Below are positions 1-12,513 of a stretch of 64,000 nt of DNA, piece by piece. A model generated the notes under the pieces. That model made no database searches, was not told the DNA's origin, and saw only the letters and a program-made list of their open reading frames with translations. Source of the DNA: Macrostomum lignano (taxonomy: Eukaryota); NCBI GenBank assembly GCA_002269645.1, contig NIVC01000478.1, forward strand, positions 1 through 64,000. The letters are read 5' to 3'. Position numbers and translations under genes: made by a program. The first letter of the stretch is position 1, and each line of letters starts with the position of its first letter.

Positions 1-295
1 GTCGAGATTTTTAACGATTCTACCAGAAGGTCGGATTTATTGATTTTCCTTGTATTGCATGATTTAATAATGTACGTGCTTTATTCAGGTTCGCTATGTA
101 CGCTGATTGAGCCCAGGCCCATTACACCCACCCCCTCCGCGCTGGCTGATATTCTGACTGACTGCAAATAAATATATCATCGAGAGGGCTTGCTAGCCTA
201 TGTACAGTTTACGGTTTTACGTTTCGTTTTGTTATCATCTCGCATGAGCCTCAGCTCCAGATAGTTTGGCGGACCATCGGTCTCTTCATTTCTAC

Positions 296-580
296 AGTAC
301 ACCTTCAACAGGTGGCAACAGATGACTATGGACACCCTGTTGCAAATTTCTTTAGTTTCGCTGATCAAGCCTTGATAGTGAGCAAGCCTCAACTGCTGGA
401 CATCCTCAGCTAGTCTTTCAAACATTCCGTCATCACCCGACGCCGTCAGCACCTTCAACAGGTGGCACCAGGTGACTATGGACACACTGTTGCAAATGTC
501 TTCGATGTCGCTGACCGAGCATCAGTAATGGGCAAACTTCAACTCCTGGTACGAGAATTCTCAACCTGTTGAAGGCAGAA
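296..580. repeat. ~150-bp tandem unit (2 copies), member of a dispersed family also at 52875-53430
   Basis: accttcaacaggtggca...gactatggacac recurs at 301 and 451; a homologous decayed array lies at 52875-53430. Confidence 0.8.
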
Positions 581-1341
581 TCGTCGAATATCTCGACGGT
601 CCGGAGGGCTGGCGATTTGATTCTTGTTTGAGAAGTTGTGCGCAACAAAAAGTTTGTCCGTGTTCTGGAGTTTCGTGTGCCTGAGTTGCATCGTTCTGGC
701 GCAGTAAAAACAATTGTGTCCCCCCTTGGTAACTCGACGGGTGGAAAGATGGTTTGCCATTCCGCTGTTAAAATTGACATTTGGGCAATTCTCGCCTATG
801 AAGGTCAGAGGTCAGGCCCCAAGGCTGACACAAGGTATGTACATTGCCTGATGATAAGAAAGTCAGGGCTGCTGAACACCCTGTGTTAGTGCCCGCCTGC
901 GTACACATCTGTCCCCAGTAACAAAAACCCGTGTTCAACTTGCCTTATGCTTCACTCTGTCTCACCTGTCTTGGCATTCAAAACGTAGGACGGACTCAAT
1001 TCGCAGTCGCGATGCCCAGCCTGCAGCAACACCACGTATTCCATGGCGGGAATCAATCCGGAAAATTTGTACGTGGTACCCGAGGTGGTGATTTGCTGTT
1101 CGTGACCTGTACAGCCGGGACAACTGAGCACGTAGTAAAAGTCCCATAGCTCCGGTACGGTCGATGGCTGCAGCCAATCGACAATGATTTCCGACACAGT
1201 TGATCGACGAACAATCGCTAGGGTGATTTTGTCGACTTGGTTTGGGTTGGCAACGCCGCACCTGATGTTTGCCTGCACATTTGAGCTAATTAAACAGCAG
1301 CTCAGGATTAAAAAGCATGAGAGATTCCAGTTCGAGCTCAT
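539..1341 (-). CDS. Secreted fibronectin type III domain protein (~210 aa, 2 exons: 1341-966, 795-539)
   Basis: Hydrophobic signal peptide (MSSNWNLSCFLILSCCLISSNVQA), then FN3 hallmarks (V.W..P, YYV, Y...GLIPAMEY.V.L.A). Donor ACAG|GTGAGA at 966/965 and acceptor ttcatag|GC at 796/795 join in frame (phase 1) to ORF 539-760, giving a Cys-containing tail (ENCPNV...GGHNCFYC). Exon 2 is less certain than exon 1. Confidence 0.7.
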
Positions 1342-1561
1342 CTCGAGTGGAGAAAGTTAATTAATCTTTTAAGTATATTAGTCTGAGCACAGTCTGCGCT
1401 CGTTTCTCTAAGACCACTCTTGACTCTGAGACCGCAGGCAGATATAGTGTGAAATTGCACAGCTGGTCAGCTAAGATAAGAGAGAAAAAGAAACTAAGGT
1501 TTATGGCCAGATAAAGTAACAATTTTTTCGCAAAAAACTGATGCACTATTTGGTAAAGTTC

Positions 1562-2087
1562 GATCTAACTACCACTTCTGTTCCACCAGTCTGGATCTAG
1601 CTACCGTGCTTCTGCTCAACCAGTCTGGATCTAACTACCACTTCTGCTCTACCAGTCTGGATCTAACTACCACTTCAGCTCTACCAGTCTGGATCTAACT
1701 ACCACTTCCGCTCTACCAGTCTGGATCTAACTACCACTTCCGCTCTACCAGTCTGGATCTAACTACCACTTCTGCTCTACCAGTCTGGATCTAACTACCA
1801 CTTCCGCTCTACCAGTCTGGATCTAACTACCACTTCTGCTCTACCAGTCTGGATCTAACTACCACTTCCGCTCTACCAGTCTGGATCTAACTACCACTTC
1901 TGCTCTACCAGTCTGGATCTAACTACCACTTCCGCTCTACCAGTCTGGATCTAACTACCACTTCTGCTCTACCAGTCTGGATCTAACTACCACTTCTGCT
2001 CTAAAGTCTGGATCTAACTACCACTTCTGTTCTACCAGTCTGGATCTAACTACCACTTCTGCTCTACCAGTCTGGATCTAACTACCA
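1562..2087. repeat. 32-bp minisatellite (ctggatctaactaccacttctgctctaccagt), ~16 copies
   Basis: Directly visible tandem array. Confidence 0.95.
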
Positions 2088-2502
2088 GTAGAGCTAGTGA
2101 GTAAAATGCAGCTACGATCATAATTAATCAAGTCGATATGCCCCACTAGCACCCAGAAGTCTTCTGACGAGTACATTGCTCATTAAAAAAATAAATAAGG
2201 GCTGGAAATTCTCTTCTACACAGTATTTTGTACGCCGTGAATACTTTCGATAACAGTCACAGATAATGATCTGTATACGGGTTTGACTTCAGTTTTTTAC
2301 ATTTCAACCTCTACATCACTGGAGTAAAATATGTCAGAACTATAGCCCAACATCACATAGGCATTTTTGCAATGGCTTTATCTGACCTAATGAGCAGAAA
2401 CAGATACAATTACAAGCGTACTATCAAACATCTCTTGTCCTGTTATTCCTGTAATCAACTTGGCCTGAAACTGTTACCTTCAACTTTAGGCATTCTACCC
2501 TA

Positions 2503-2759
2503 AGCTACTCTGAGCTACTCTGAGCTACTATGAGCTACCCTGAGCTACTCTGAGCTACTCTGAGCTACTCTGAGCTACTCTGAGCTACTCTGGGCTACTC
2601 TGAGCTACTCTGAGCTACACTCTGAACTACTCTGAGCTACTCTGAACTACTCTGAGCTACTCTGAGCTACTCTGAACTACTCTGAGCTACTCTGAGCTAC
2701 TCTGAGCTACTCTGAGCTACTCTGAGCTACTCTGAGATACTCTGAGCTACTCTGAGCTG
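2503..2759. repeat. 10-bp tandem repeat (ctgagctact), ~25 copies
   Basis: Directly visible. Confidence 0.95.
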
Positions 2760-3347
2760 CCCATGGCTAGTACGAATATATTCTACTTTTACTTTTCATT
2801 TCAATTCTATACTATCAACATCATGATGCCAACAATCACACGACCAAGTGCCCATTTTAAGGTTTCCCTTATGGTCCCTATATCTTGCGCTTAGTTGGAA
2901 TTTAAATATAGCTTGCTAACAGAAATTAAGCATCCTTTCTTTCATAAACGATATTGCGTAAGTAACGTTAAAAACGTACACAAAAGTAGTTCCTGTTTCG
3001 ATCACAGTTTCGAGTTTCGTTTGTAATTTCGATCATAGTGTTTGGATATCCTTCAATCTCAAGTAACAGTTTACAGTGGTCTTTATTTAGTTGAAAATCA
3101 AGTTCTTTATTAAAAGTTTCAGGATTGTTTCATTTAGAATACGAAAACAGGTACAAAACTTTAAGGCGCGTACATGATATAAAGACTCAATCGAAAGACC
3201 TTCAATCAGAGATAAACAATATTTGAAATAAAAGTATTGCAGTCAAAGCTCAAAACTAAACAGGTAGCTCTTTAAGCTACCTGTTTCTAAGAAAAGGCAA
3301 GCGTGTTTTTTGCAATAAATATTAAAAAAGTACAGAGTAACGCCAAT

Positions 3348-6300
3348 TTAAATGACGCTTGTTTTCACCGCATCGCTACCAACTGGTTCCATCGACACAG
3401 AGACAGAGGTTGGTGTGTCCAATTGAATATTAGAAATTCCGTTACGCGTCACGTGACTTACGTCATCTAAGAATCCGCCATTCACGGCCGACTGCGCAGC
3501 ACCTGCAGCCTGTGCGGAGGCAAAGAATTTGAAGTAGATAACGGCAGCAGCAACTGCTGCAGCTACGACAGAGACCGAGCTGATCCAGATGATGTGCACG
3601 TACAGCATTGGTAAACCGCCCTCTGGCTGAGTCAGATCAGAGCTGGTGACAATTGTGGTGCTGTCGAAACCTGAAGTTGAAGCCCGACTCGCTTGACTGT
3701 CCGAAGTAGTCAGTGTTGACTGCACAAGGGTGGTTTCCGTGCTGGAGGTGATTGGTGATGTTACTGTGGTTTCAGAAGCTGCTTGACTCGATGTAGGTTC
3801 CGTTGTTCGAATAGTGGTAAATGTTTCTGAAGTTGATGCACTTGTTGGCGTCCCGAGTGTAAAATCAGTCGGTGATGGTGTTGTCTGGCTCGATGTTGCT
3901 TCTGGTGTTGTCTGGCTCTGTGTTGCTTCTGGTGTTGTCTGGCTCTGTGTTGCTTCCGGTGTTGTCTGTCTATGTGTTGCTTCTTGTGTTGTCTGGCTCT
4001 GCGTTGCCTCTGGTGTTGTCTGGCTATGTGTTGCTTCTGGTGTTGTCTGGCTCGATGTTGCCTCTGGTGTTGTCTGGCTCTGTGTTGCCTCTGGTGTTGT
4101 CTGGCTCTGCGTTGCTTCTGGTGTTGTCTGGCTCTGTGTTGCCTCTGGTGGCGACTCGCTCTGTGTTGCCTCAATCGTAGATTCAGTCGGTGTTGTGTCT
4201 GGTGTCGACTGGCTCTGTGTTGCCTCAATTGTAGATTCAGTCGGCGTTGTGTCTGGTGTCGACAGGCTCTGTGTTGCCTCAATCGTAGATTCAGTCGGTG
4301 TTGTGTCTGGTGTCGACTGGCTCTGTGTTGCATCAATCGTAGATTCAGTCGGTGATGTGTCTGGTGTTGACTGGCTCTGTGTTGCCTCAATCGTAGATTC
4401 AGTCGGTGTTTTGTCTGGTGTCGACTGGCTCTGTGTTGCATCAATCGTAGATTCAGTCGGTGATGTGTCTGGTGTCGACTGGCTCTGTGTTGCCTCAATC
4501 GTAGATTCAGTCGGTGTTGTGTCTGTTGTCGACTGGCTCTGCGTTGCATCAATCGTAGATTCAGTCGGTGTTGTGTCTGATGTCGACTGGCTCTGTGTTG
4601 CCTCAATCGTAGATTCAGTCGGTGTTGTGTCTGGTGTCGACTGGCTCTGTGTTGCCTCAATCGTAGATTCAGTGGGTGTTGTGTCTGGTGTCGACTGGCT
4701 CTGTGTTGCCTCAATCGTAGATTCAGTCGGTGTTGTGTCTGGTGTCGACTGGCTCTGTGTTGCCTCAATCGTAGATTCAGTCGGTGTTGTGTCTGGTGTC
4801 GACTGGCTCTGTGTTGCCTCAATCGTAGATTCAGTCGGTGTTGTGTCTGGTGTCGACTGGCTCTGCGTTGCCTCAATCGTAGATTCAGTCGGTGTTGTGT
4901 CTGGTGTCGACTGGCTCTGCGTTGCATCAATCGTAGATTCAGTCGGTGTTGTGTCTGGTGTCGACTGGCTCTGTGTTGCCTCAATCGTAGATTCAGTCGG
5001 TGTTGTGTCTGGTGTCGACTGGCTCTGTGTTGCCTCAATCGTAGATTCAGTCGGTGTTGTGTCTGGTGTCGACTGGCTCTGTGTTGCCTCAATCGTAGAT
5101 TCAGTCGGTGTTGTGTCTGTTGTCGACTGGCTCTGCGTTGCATCAATCGTAGATTCAGTCGGTGTTGTGTCTGATGTCGACTGGCTCTGTGTTGCCTCAA
5201 TCGTAGATTCAGTCGGTGTTGTGTCTGGTGTCGACTGGCTCTGTGTTGCATCAATCGTAGATTCAGTCGGTGTTGTGTCTGGTGTCGACTGGCTCTGCGT
5301 TGCCTCAATCGTAGATTCAGTCGGTGTTGTGTCTGATGTCGACTGGCTCTGTGTTGCCTCAATCGTAGATTCAGTCGGTGTTGTGTCTGTTGTCGACTGG
5401 CTCTGTGTTGCCTCAATCGTAGATTCAGTCGGTGTTGTGTCTGGTGTCGACTGGCTCTGTGTTGCCTCAATCGTAGATTCAGTCGGTGTTGTGTCTGGTG
5501 TCGACTGGCTCTGCGTTGCCTCAATCGTAGATTCAGTCGGTGTTGTGTCTGGTGTCGACTGGCTCTGTGTTGCCTCAATCGTAGATTCAGTCGGTGTTGT
5601 GTCTGGTGTCGACTGGCTCTGTGTTGCCTCAATCGTAGATTCAGTGGGTGTTGTGTCTGGTGTCGACTGGCTCTGTGTTGCCTCAATCGTAGATTCAGTC
5701 GGTGTTGTGTCTGGTGTCGACTGGCTCTGTGTTGCCTCAATCGTAGATTCAGTCGGTGTTGTGTCTGGTGTCGACTGGCTCTGTGTTGCCTCAATCGTAG
5801 ATTCAGTCGGTGTTGTGTCTGGTGTCGACTGGCTCTGTGTTGCCTCAATCGTAGATTCAGTCGGTGTTGTGTCTGGTGTTGACTTGCTATATGTCGTATA
5901 ATCAGCTAGTGTTGTGGCAGACGTCGAAAAACTTGAGCTAGAAGTAGGCCCAGTTTGTGTTGTAGACTCGGATGTCATTAATGTTGTCGATTCTGTTGTT
6001 AGGATACTCGTTGTTGTTGGCTTATGCGTTGGCGCCGTTGTGCTGACAAACACAGGCGCTTTACAGAAGTGATAGTGCTTGGATTCAGGTGAGTAGGTTC
6101 GGAAGTACAAACTGCTCACTGTTTCATATATGTAGCCAAAGTTTCTTGGTGGATTACTAGGCTCTAAAAAAAACCAATTTCTGAAATGGGCGAAATTTAC
6201 TTATGTTTGAAATGGAGCTAAAGCCAATTGTAAGAACTATAAGCAAATTTAAATGCATCACTTACACGGTAACATCTAGATTGGAGTTATCAATGAGCCA

Positions 6301-8215
6301 CTTGAAATTCCCTCCGTCTCCCTCGTCTCTGTACAGTCCGGTCCAGGCGGCATCTCCCAGGTTCCTGCAGTCTCGGCACTGAGCTCTGTAGTCTTCTCTG
6401 AGTCTCCAGTTCCTTGCTGAGAAGTCCATCACCCAGTCCATCTCAGCTTGAGACGTGATCCACAGCAGGTGAGCAGACGGGTCTCGTCTCCGACAGTCAG
6501 ACACGGCCTCGGTGAGGTTCCTTCCGTTGGATCCCTTGACCAGGATGTAGCAGAAGCCGCTGAATTGCAGCCAGTTCTGTGACGGACAGGCACCTTGAGG
6601 AGCTGTGTTGGTCGTTGACAAATCGGTAGTTGTTTCATGTGTCGATTGCGGAGTAGTCAGGTCTGAACTAGTGGGTGGCGAAGTAACAGTTTCATGAGTT
6701 GATGTCGGCTCCCTTGTTGCGATTGTTGTTGTTGCTGTCGCACCAGTAGGCGCCGTTGTGCTGACAAACACAGGCGCTTTGCAGAAGTGATAGTGCTTGG
6801 CTTCAGGCGAGTAGGTTCGGAAGTACAAGTCGCTCGTTGTTTCATAAATGTAGCCATAATTTCTTGGTGGATTTCCGGGATCTAAGACAAACCATTTCCT
6901 GAAATTGAACGGAGTTTACTTTGTTTTGGAATAGAGTTAAAACCAAGCAGGCAACCGTTACCAATCGGATAAACATGCAAACGCATCACTTACACGGTAA
7001 CATCCACATTGGAGTTATCAATGAGCCACTTAAACTTCTCTCCTTCCGCCTCGTCTCTGTACAGCCCGGTCCATGCGGCGTATCCCAGAAACCTGCAGTC
7101 TCGACACTGAGCTCCGTAGTCTTCTCTAAGTCTCCAGTTCCTTGCTGAGAAGTCCATCACCCAGTCCATCTCAGCTTGAGACGTGATCCACAGCAGGTGA
7201 GCAGACGGGTCTCGTCTCTGACAGTCAGACACGGCCTCGGTGAGGTTCCTTCCGTTGGATCCCTTGACCAGGATGTAGCAGAAGACTTCAAACTGCAACC
7301 ATTCATCTGATGGACATGGCCCTCGTTGGCTGTTTGGATTCATCTTGCAGATGGGAAACTTTTTGTCTGTTTTTGCATCCGTCCTGAGCCTGGATGGGCT
7401 CGTGGCCTCCGTCAAGGATACGAAGTCGTTGGGACTCAGTTTGGGCTTGCCAAGGTACCACGAGCTGCAAAGTGGTTGAAGTACATGTAGAGTATCAATC
7501 AAATTATTCGGGCTTAATTACGAGTATTTTTGTATTAACTCATGGGCATAAGGGGAAATTAAGCAGCTCTAGTGAGCCATTAAGAGAAATTAAAAAAAAA
7601 CAAATGAAGAAACCTTATTTATGTACCATCAAGTCAAAAACGATCTATTTCGAATTCAAGTGAGCTTTATTTATTTGCTCACTATAGTAAGCGGAAGCAG
7701 TTGAAAATGATTGTTAAGAATAGACAAGTTATTGTAGTAGCCTTGTTTTTTCGTTAAATTTGTTAAACCACTAAATCGTTTGTTTGAACCAGTGCAACAG
7801 CTCAAATAACTCACAATTTGAAGCTAACTGGACTGCCGTCCATTAGCCAGACCAAGTCTGAGCTCTGCTGCGAATCGCTCAGCGTCGCTCCCTGCGCGCC
7901 GATCCAGCCGGAGTACGTCTCGCTGCAGTTGCCACACTGCCCCCAATGGTCCCGGATGCCGAATCTGCCACTCTGCAGGGCCCAGTCCAGTTCCTCCTGC
8001 GTCTCCGCCCACAGCAGGTCGGCGCCAGAGTCCAAACATGCGGCTCTCGCCTCTTGAAATGTCCTGCCAGGACCGTAGAGAGCTCGGTAGCAGTAGCTTC
8101 CGTGGGACATCCAGCCAGAAGGACAACCAGCAGCGCCTACGGCCTGGTGGCACAGCATCACGGATGATACCAGTACCAGCAGGAAGGTCGAAAGATTGAA
8201 AAAAAACTTTCGCAT
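3348..8215 (-). CDS. Type I membrane protein: signal peptide + 3 C-type lectin-like domains + S/T/P mucin stalk + TM + short tail (~1445 aa; exons 8215-7815, 7464-6994, 6898-6266, 6180-3348)
   Basis: All three GT-AG introns are phase 2 and join ORFs 7811-8215, 6990-7502, 6262-6828 and 3348-6119 in frame. CTLD motifs: CPSGW...YCY, W(I/T)G(L/A), FCK/PICK. The stalk has an 18-aa repeat (QSQSTPDTTPTESTIEAT) and a 9-aa repeat (QSQTTPEAT). TM segment VHIIWISSVSVVAAAVAAAVIYF; C-terminus TSVI. Confidence 0.9.
3880..5880 (-). repeat. Coding VNTR of the mucin stalk: 54-bp unit (~32 copies) plus 27-bp unit (~10 copies)
   Basis: Visible in both DNA and translation. Confidence 0.95.
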
Positions 8216-9149
8216 TGTATTTCGAATATATAGCTCTTTCTGAGGCTATTAAACCATTAAAATTGGCTTTGAATATCGTGCCTGCATTCGATATTGGCTT
8301 TATTCTGGCACCTTATAGCTAGCTATGATATAGCTGTCACGAGTGTTTTTCCTACTTATCTGCCTATCTCGATATGTGCTTCATATGCAAATCAAACCCG
8401 AATACCATGCAGGCTAAAGTGAAATTTTTCGCTATCAAATGAACTCAATTTGTCTCAAGCGCCACTTATTTTTTTGATTAACTAACTGCGATTGGGCAGC
8501 ATGAGCATGAGCACACAAAGGTCAACTGGCTTATCTAAATAATCAGCCTTATTACTTCATGCATTGCTGAAAAAACTGTTTCTAATTATAGCAGAACAAA
8601 AGTAAATCGCATTCTGATAGTTGCTGTGTAGTCAACGTTTTGCAAACCGCTGGCTAAATTTTAACTTAAATAAAGTTTTCTAATTGCATTCCTAGTTGCA
8701 TGTCCTAAGTATATATGGACTATCAGGCCATGCGTTTATATCGGTAAAAATGCTTTAATTTTGCGAGGGCGGGAACCTTTTGAGTACCTGCTGGTTTGGC
8801 TACCATGGTACCACCACGCACCCGACTCATTATAGTTATAGTGTACTCATGACGCAGTACACATGGAAGCATAGATAACCCTGTCAGTCATGCAGATCGT
8901 AAAAGCAACAGTTAGAGGGCAAACCATGCAGTTTAATAAAACCTTAAAAACTTCTATTAGCTAAACGGTTTGCAGAGAATGTTGTTTGTCCTATTCTTCA
9001 GATTGGATTTTTGCAATGCAGTAGTAGAGTAATGTAAATCATTTACATCTGAATTGTCTACATGAAATTCATCACGAAAAATCTGATGTTTAGTTAATTA
9101 GTTAGTTGTTGGTTAGCTAGTCTAGCAATCCATCTAATTAGGTAGTTAG

Positions 9150-10460
<1,311 letters not shown>

Positions 10461-11741
10461 AATTACTTAGTTAGTTGGTTATTCAGTCCGTTACTTTTCA
10501 AGTTTTTTTACTAGGCAGCTTTGACAATAATATTCGAGTAAGTTTCTTAAAAACTCTAGTTTTTTAAGTCCGACAATTTTTCGTCCTAAATACGAGCTAC
10601 CCTGGTAATAAATCCACTTTGGGTCCTATCCGTGTTGATTATCTTTCGAGTAGTAAGTAGGGGTATGATAGTTATAAAGCCTCAGAATTTTGAAGAATTA
10701 GTGAATCCGGTCAGAATGAGGAATATATCTAGATTTACTGTAGCAATATAAGAAATCGCATTAAGCAGAATACTTCAGTACATATTTTTAAAATAGGAAG
10801 CTGTAACCCTCTGACCCTCAACACTCGTACTGAGTGAAACTCTCAATAGGAGTGAATGTTAGTAGAGTACAATCTCAGATAAAGGCGTAAGAGACCACTC
10901 AGGCCAGAAGCACCTTAACTAATTAGGAACATAACAGAGAGCAGTTACCACTTTTAATACCTATTGTATTGCAAAGTTTGATTTATCACAAGAATGTACA
11001 TGTAGCTCGTAGTGGCTACAAATAATTTTGTTATAATAAATCATGCCAAGTACAGTAGTACTGTTATACCTCTACGACATAGCTACATGCTGATAAGTTT
11101 GCAAAGAAAGTTTTCTGTTACTCTTTAGTACTTTAATATATTTCTTTCTGATAGGCAATAAAGAATTCTAATTTAAGTACACTTTTAAGTACAGCATAGC
11201 TAGCTAGCTACATGTAGTTACTCGTAAATTCTATTGTGTAAGCACTTTAATTAACAAAGCAGATAATTTTTTTTACCGACAAGCAAATGCATGTGTGCAT
11301 CGAATCGAATCGAATGCACAGGGTTTTCCAGTTTTGTATATTTTGTACGCTTAGCAACACTTAATGCCTATGGCTTGTGGCCATATGTATAAATAAGATC
11401 ATTAAACAACCGACTGCTTACTCCAGGTTTGTTTGAAAAAAAATGTACTCACAAAAACCGCTTCGATGTCAAACAATATGGCTACTACAGGAAGTCCTAT
11501 ATAGGTGACACCGTAATAACTAAGTTTTAAATCTTTAGCTATACTCGTATACTTAAAATTAAACTAAAATTTCAATAGTCAGAACCAATTATCTATACTT
11601 ACAATTGCAGAATGCCGAACATTTTGTTCCACGCTTCGCTAAAAAGGAGCATGTGCGCAGGCTTGAAAACGTTTAAATTCGTTAACTTAAGCTTCCGATC
11701 AGATTATACAGGGTTTAGTAGAGTTGTAGGGGGGTATTAAC

Positions 11742-12513
11742 CTACAAACTGTACACAGCATTGTGGCTGATACCGCCGCATCTCTCTTTCACGTTGCCTT
11801 CGCACGGGACTGAGCAGTCGAAATCGGCACTCATGCCGTATTTGCCGTAGTGATCGCCGCAAGAGCAAGTGTCCCCGTCTTGCATGCCCATGTACTTAGT
11901 GTTTTTTCCCTTGCACCAATTTGTGCACTTCTCCAGGGTCATCTCGTACATCCGGGTCCGGTCGGCACCCATGTCCGGGCTTGAATGGTTGTCTTCAAAG
12001 CAGCCTTTGTAATTTGAACCGTAGTCTGCGAAGCGAACGATTAGACGAGTTCAAAGAAGGCATCGTGGTTGGTTGCGTTGCGTCGTGAAGACCCCCCAAC
12101 CCCCGATTCTGAAACTGAGTCTACAGGCCAGGGATGGGCAAACTCCGGCCCACAAAGCCTCTCACAGCCCGCCCAAGGTTTGTCTCTTCTCAGCTCTTTT
12201 CTCTCTCCTTTCTCCGATTATCTTCTCTTCACTCATCTATTCTCTATTTTTCTCTCCTCTATTCCCTCTCGTTCCCTCTCTAATCTCTCTAGTCTGAAAA
12301 GTATTCTACCTGAAACTGAAAACTACGCATTATTACTCTTATTGAATCAGTTGAGGTTGGGGGGGTATCGTAAAACGAAATAATGTCATATATTTTCTTA
12401 CCGTAAGTCTCTTCAACTACTTCGTCTTCAGCCGCAACATTAGAAGCAAACATAAGACCCACTAGAAGGTACCAGCAGCATAAAATTCGGATGGTGCTGC
12501 ACAAGCTAATCAT
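11742..12513 (-). CDS. Small secreted WSC-domain protein (~131 aa; exons 12513-12402, 12025-11742)
   Basis: Signal peptide in exon 1. Donor TACG|GTAAG and acceptor ttcgcag|AC (phase 1). WSC pattern YKGCFED...MTLEKCTNWC...YMGMQDGDTCSCG...CSVPCEGNVKERCGG...NAVY. Confidence 0.88.

Noticed and set aside
3761-5901. 695-aa ORFs on both strands and other frames over the mucin repeat
   Set aside because: Stop-free shadows of a 54-bp (multiple of 3) coding repeat; only the S/T-rich frame connects to spliced exons, a TM and a signal peptide.
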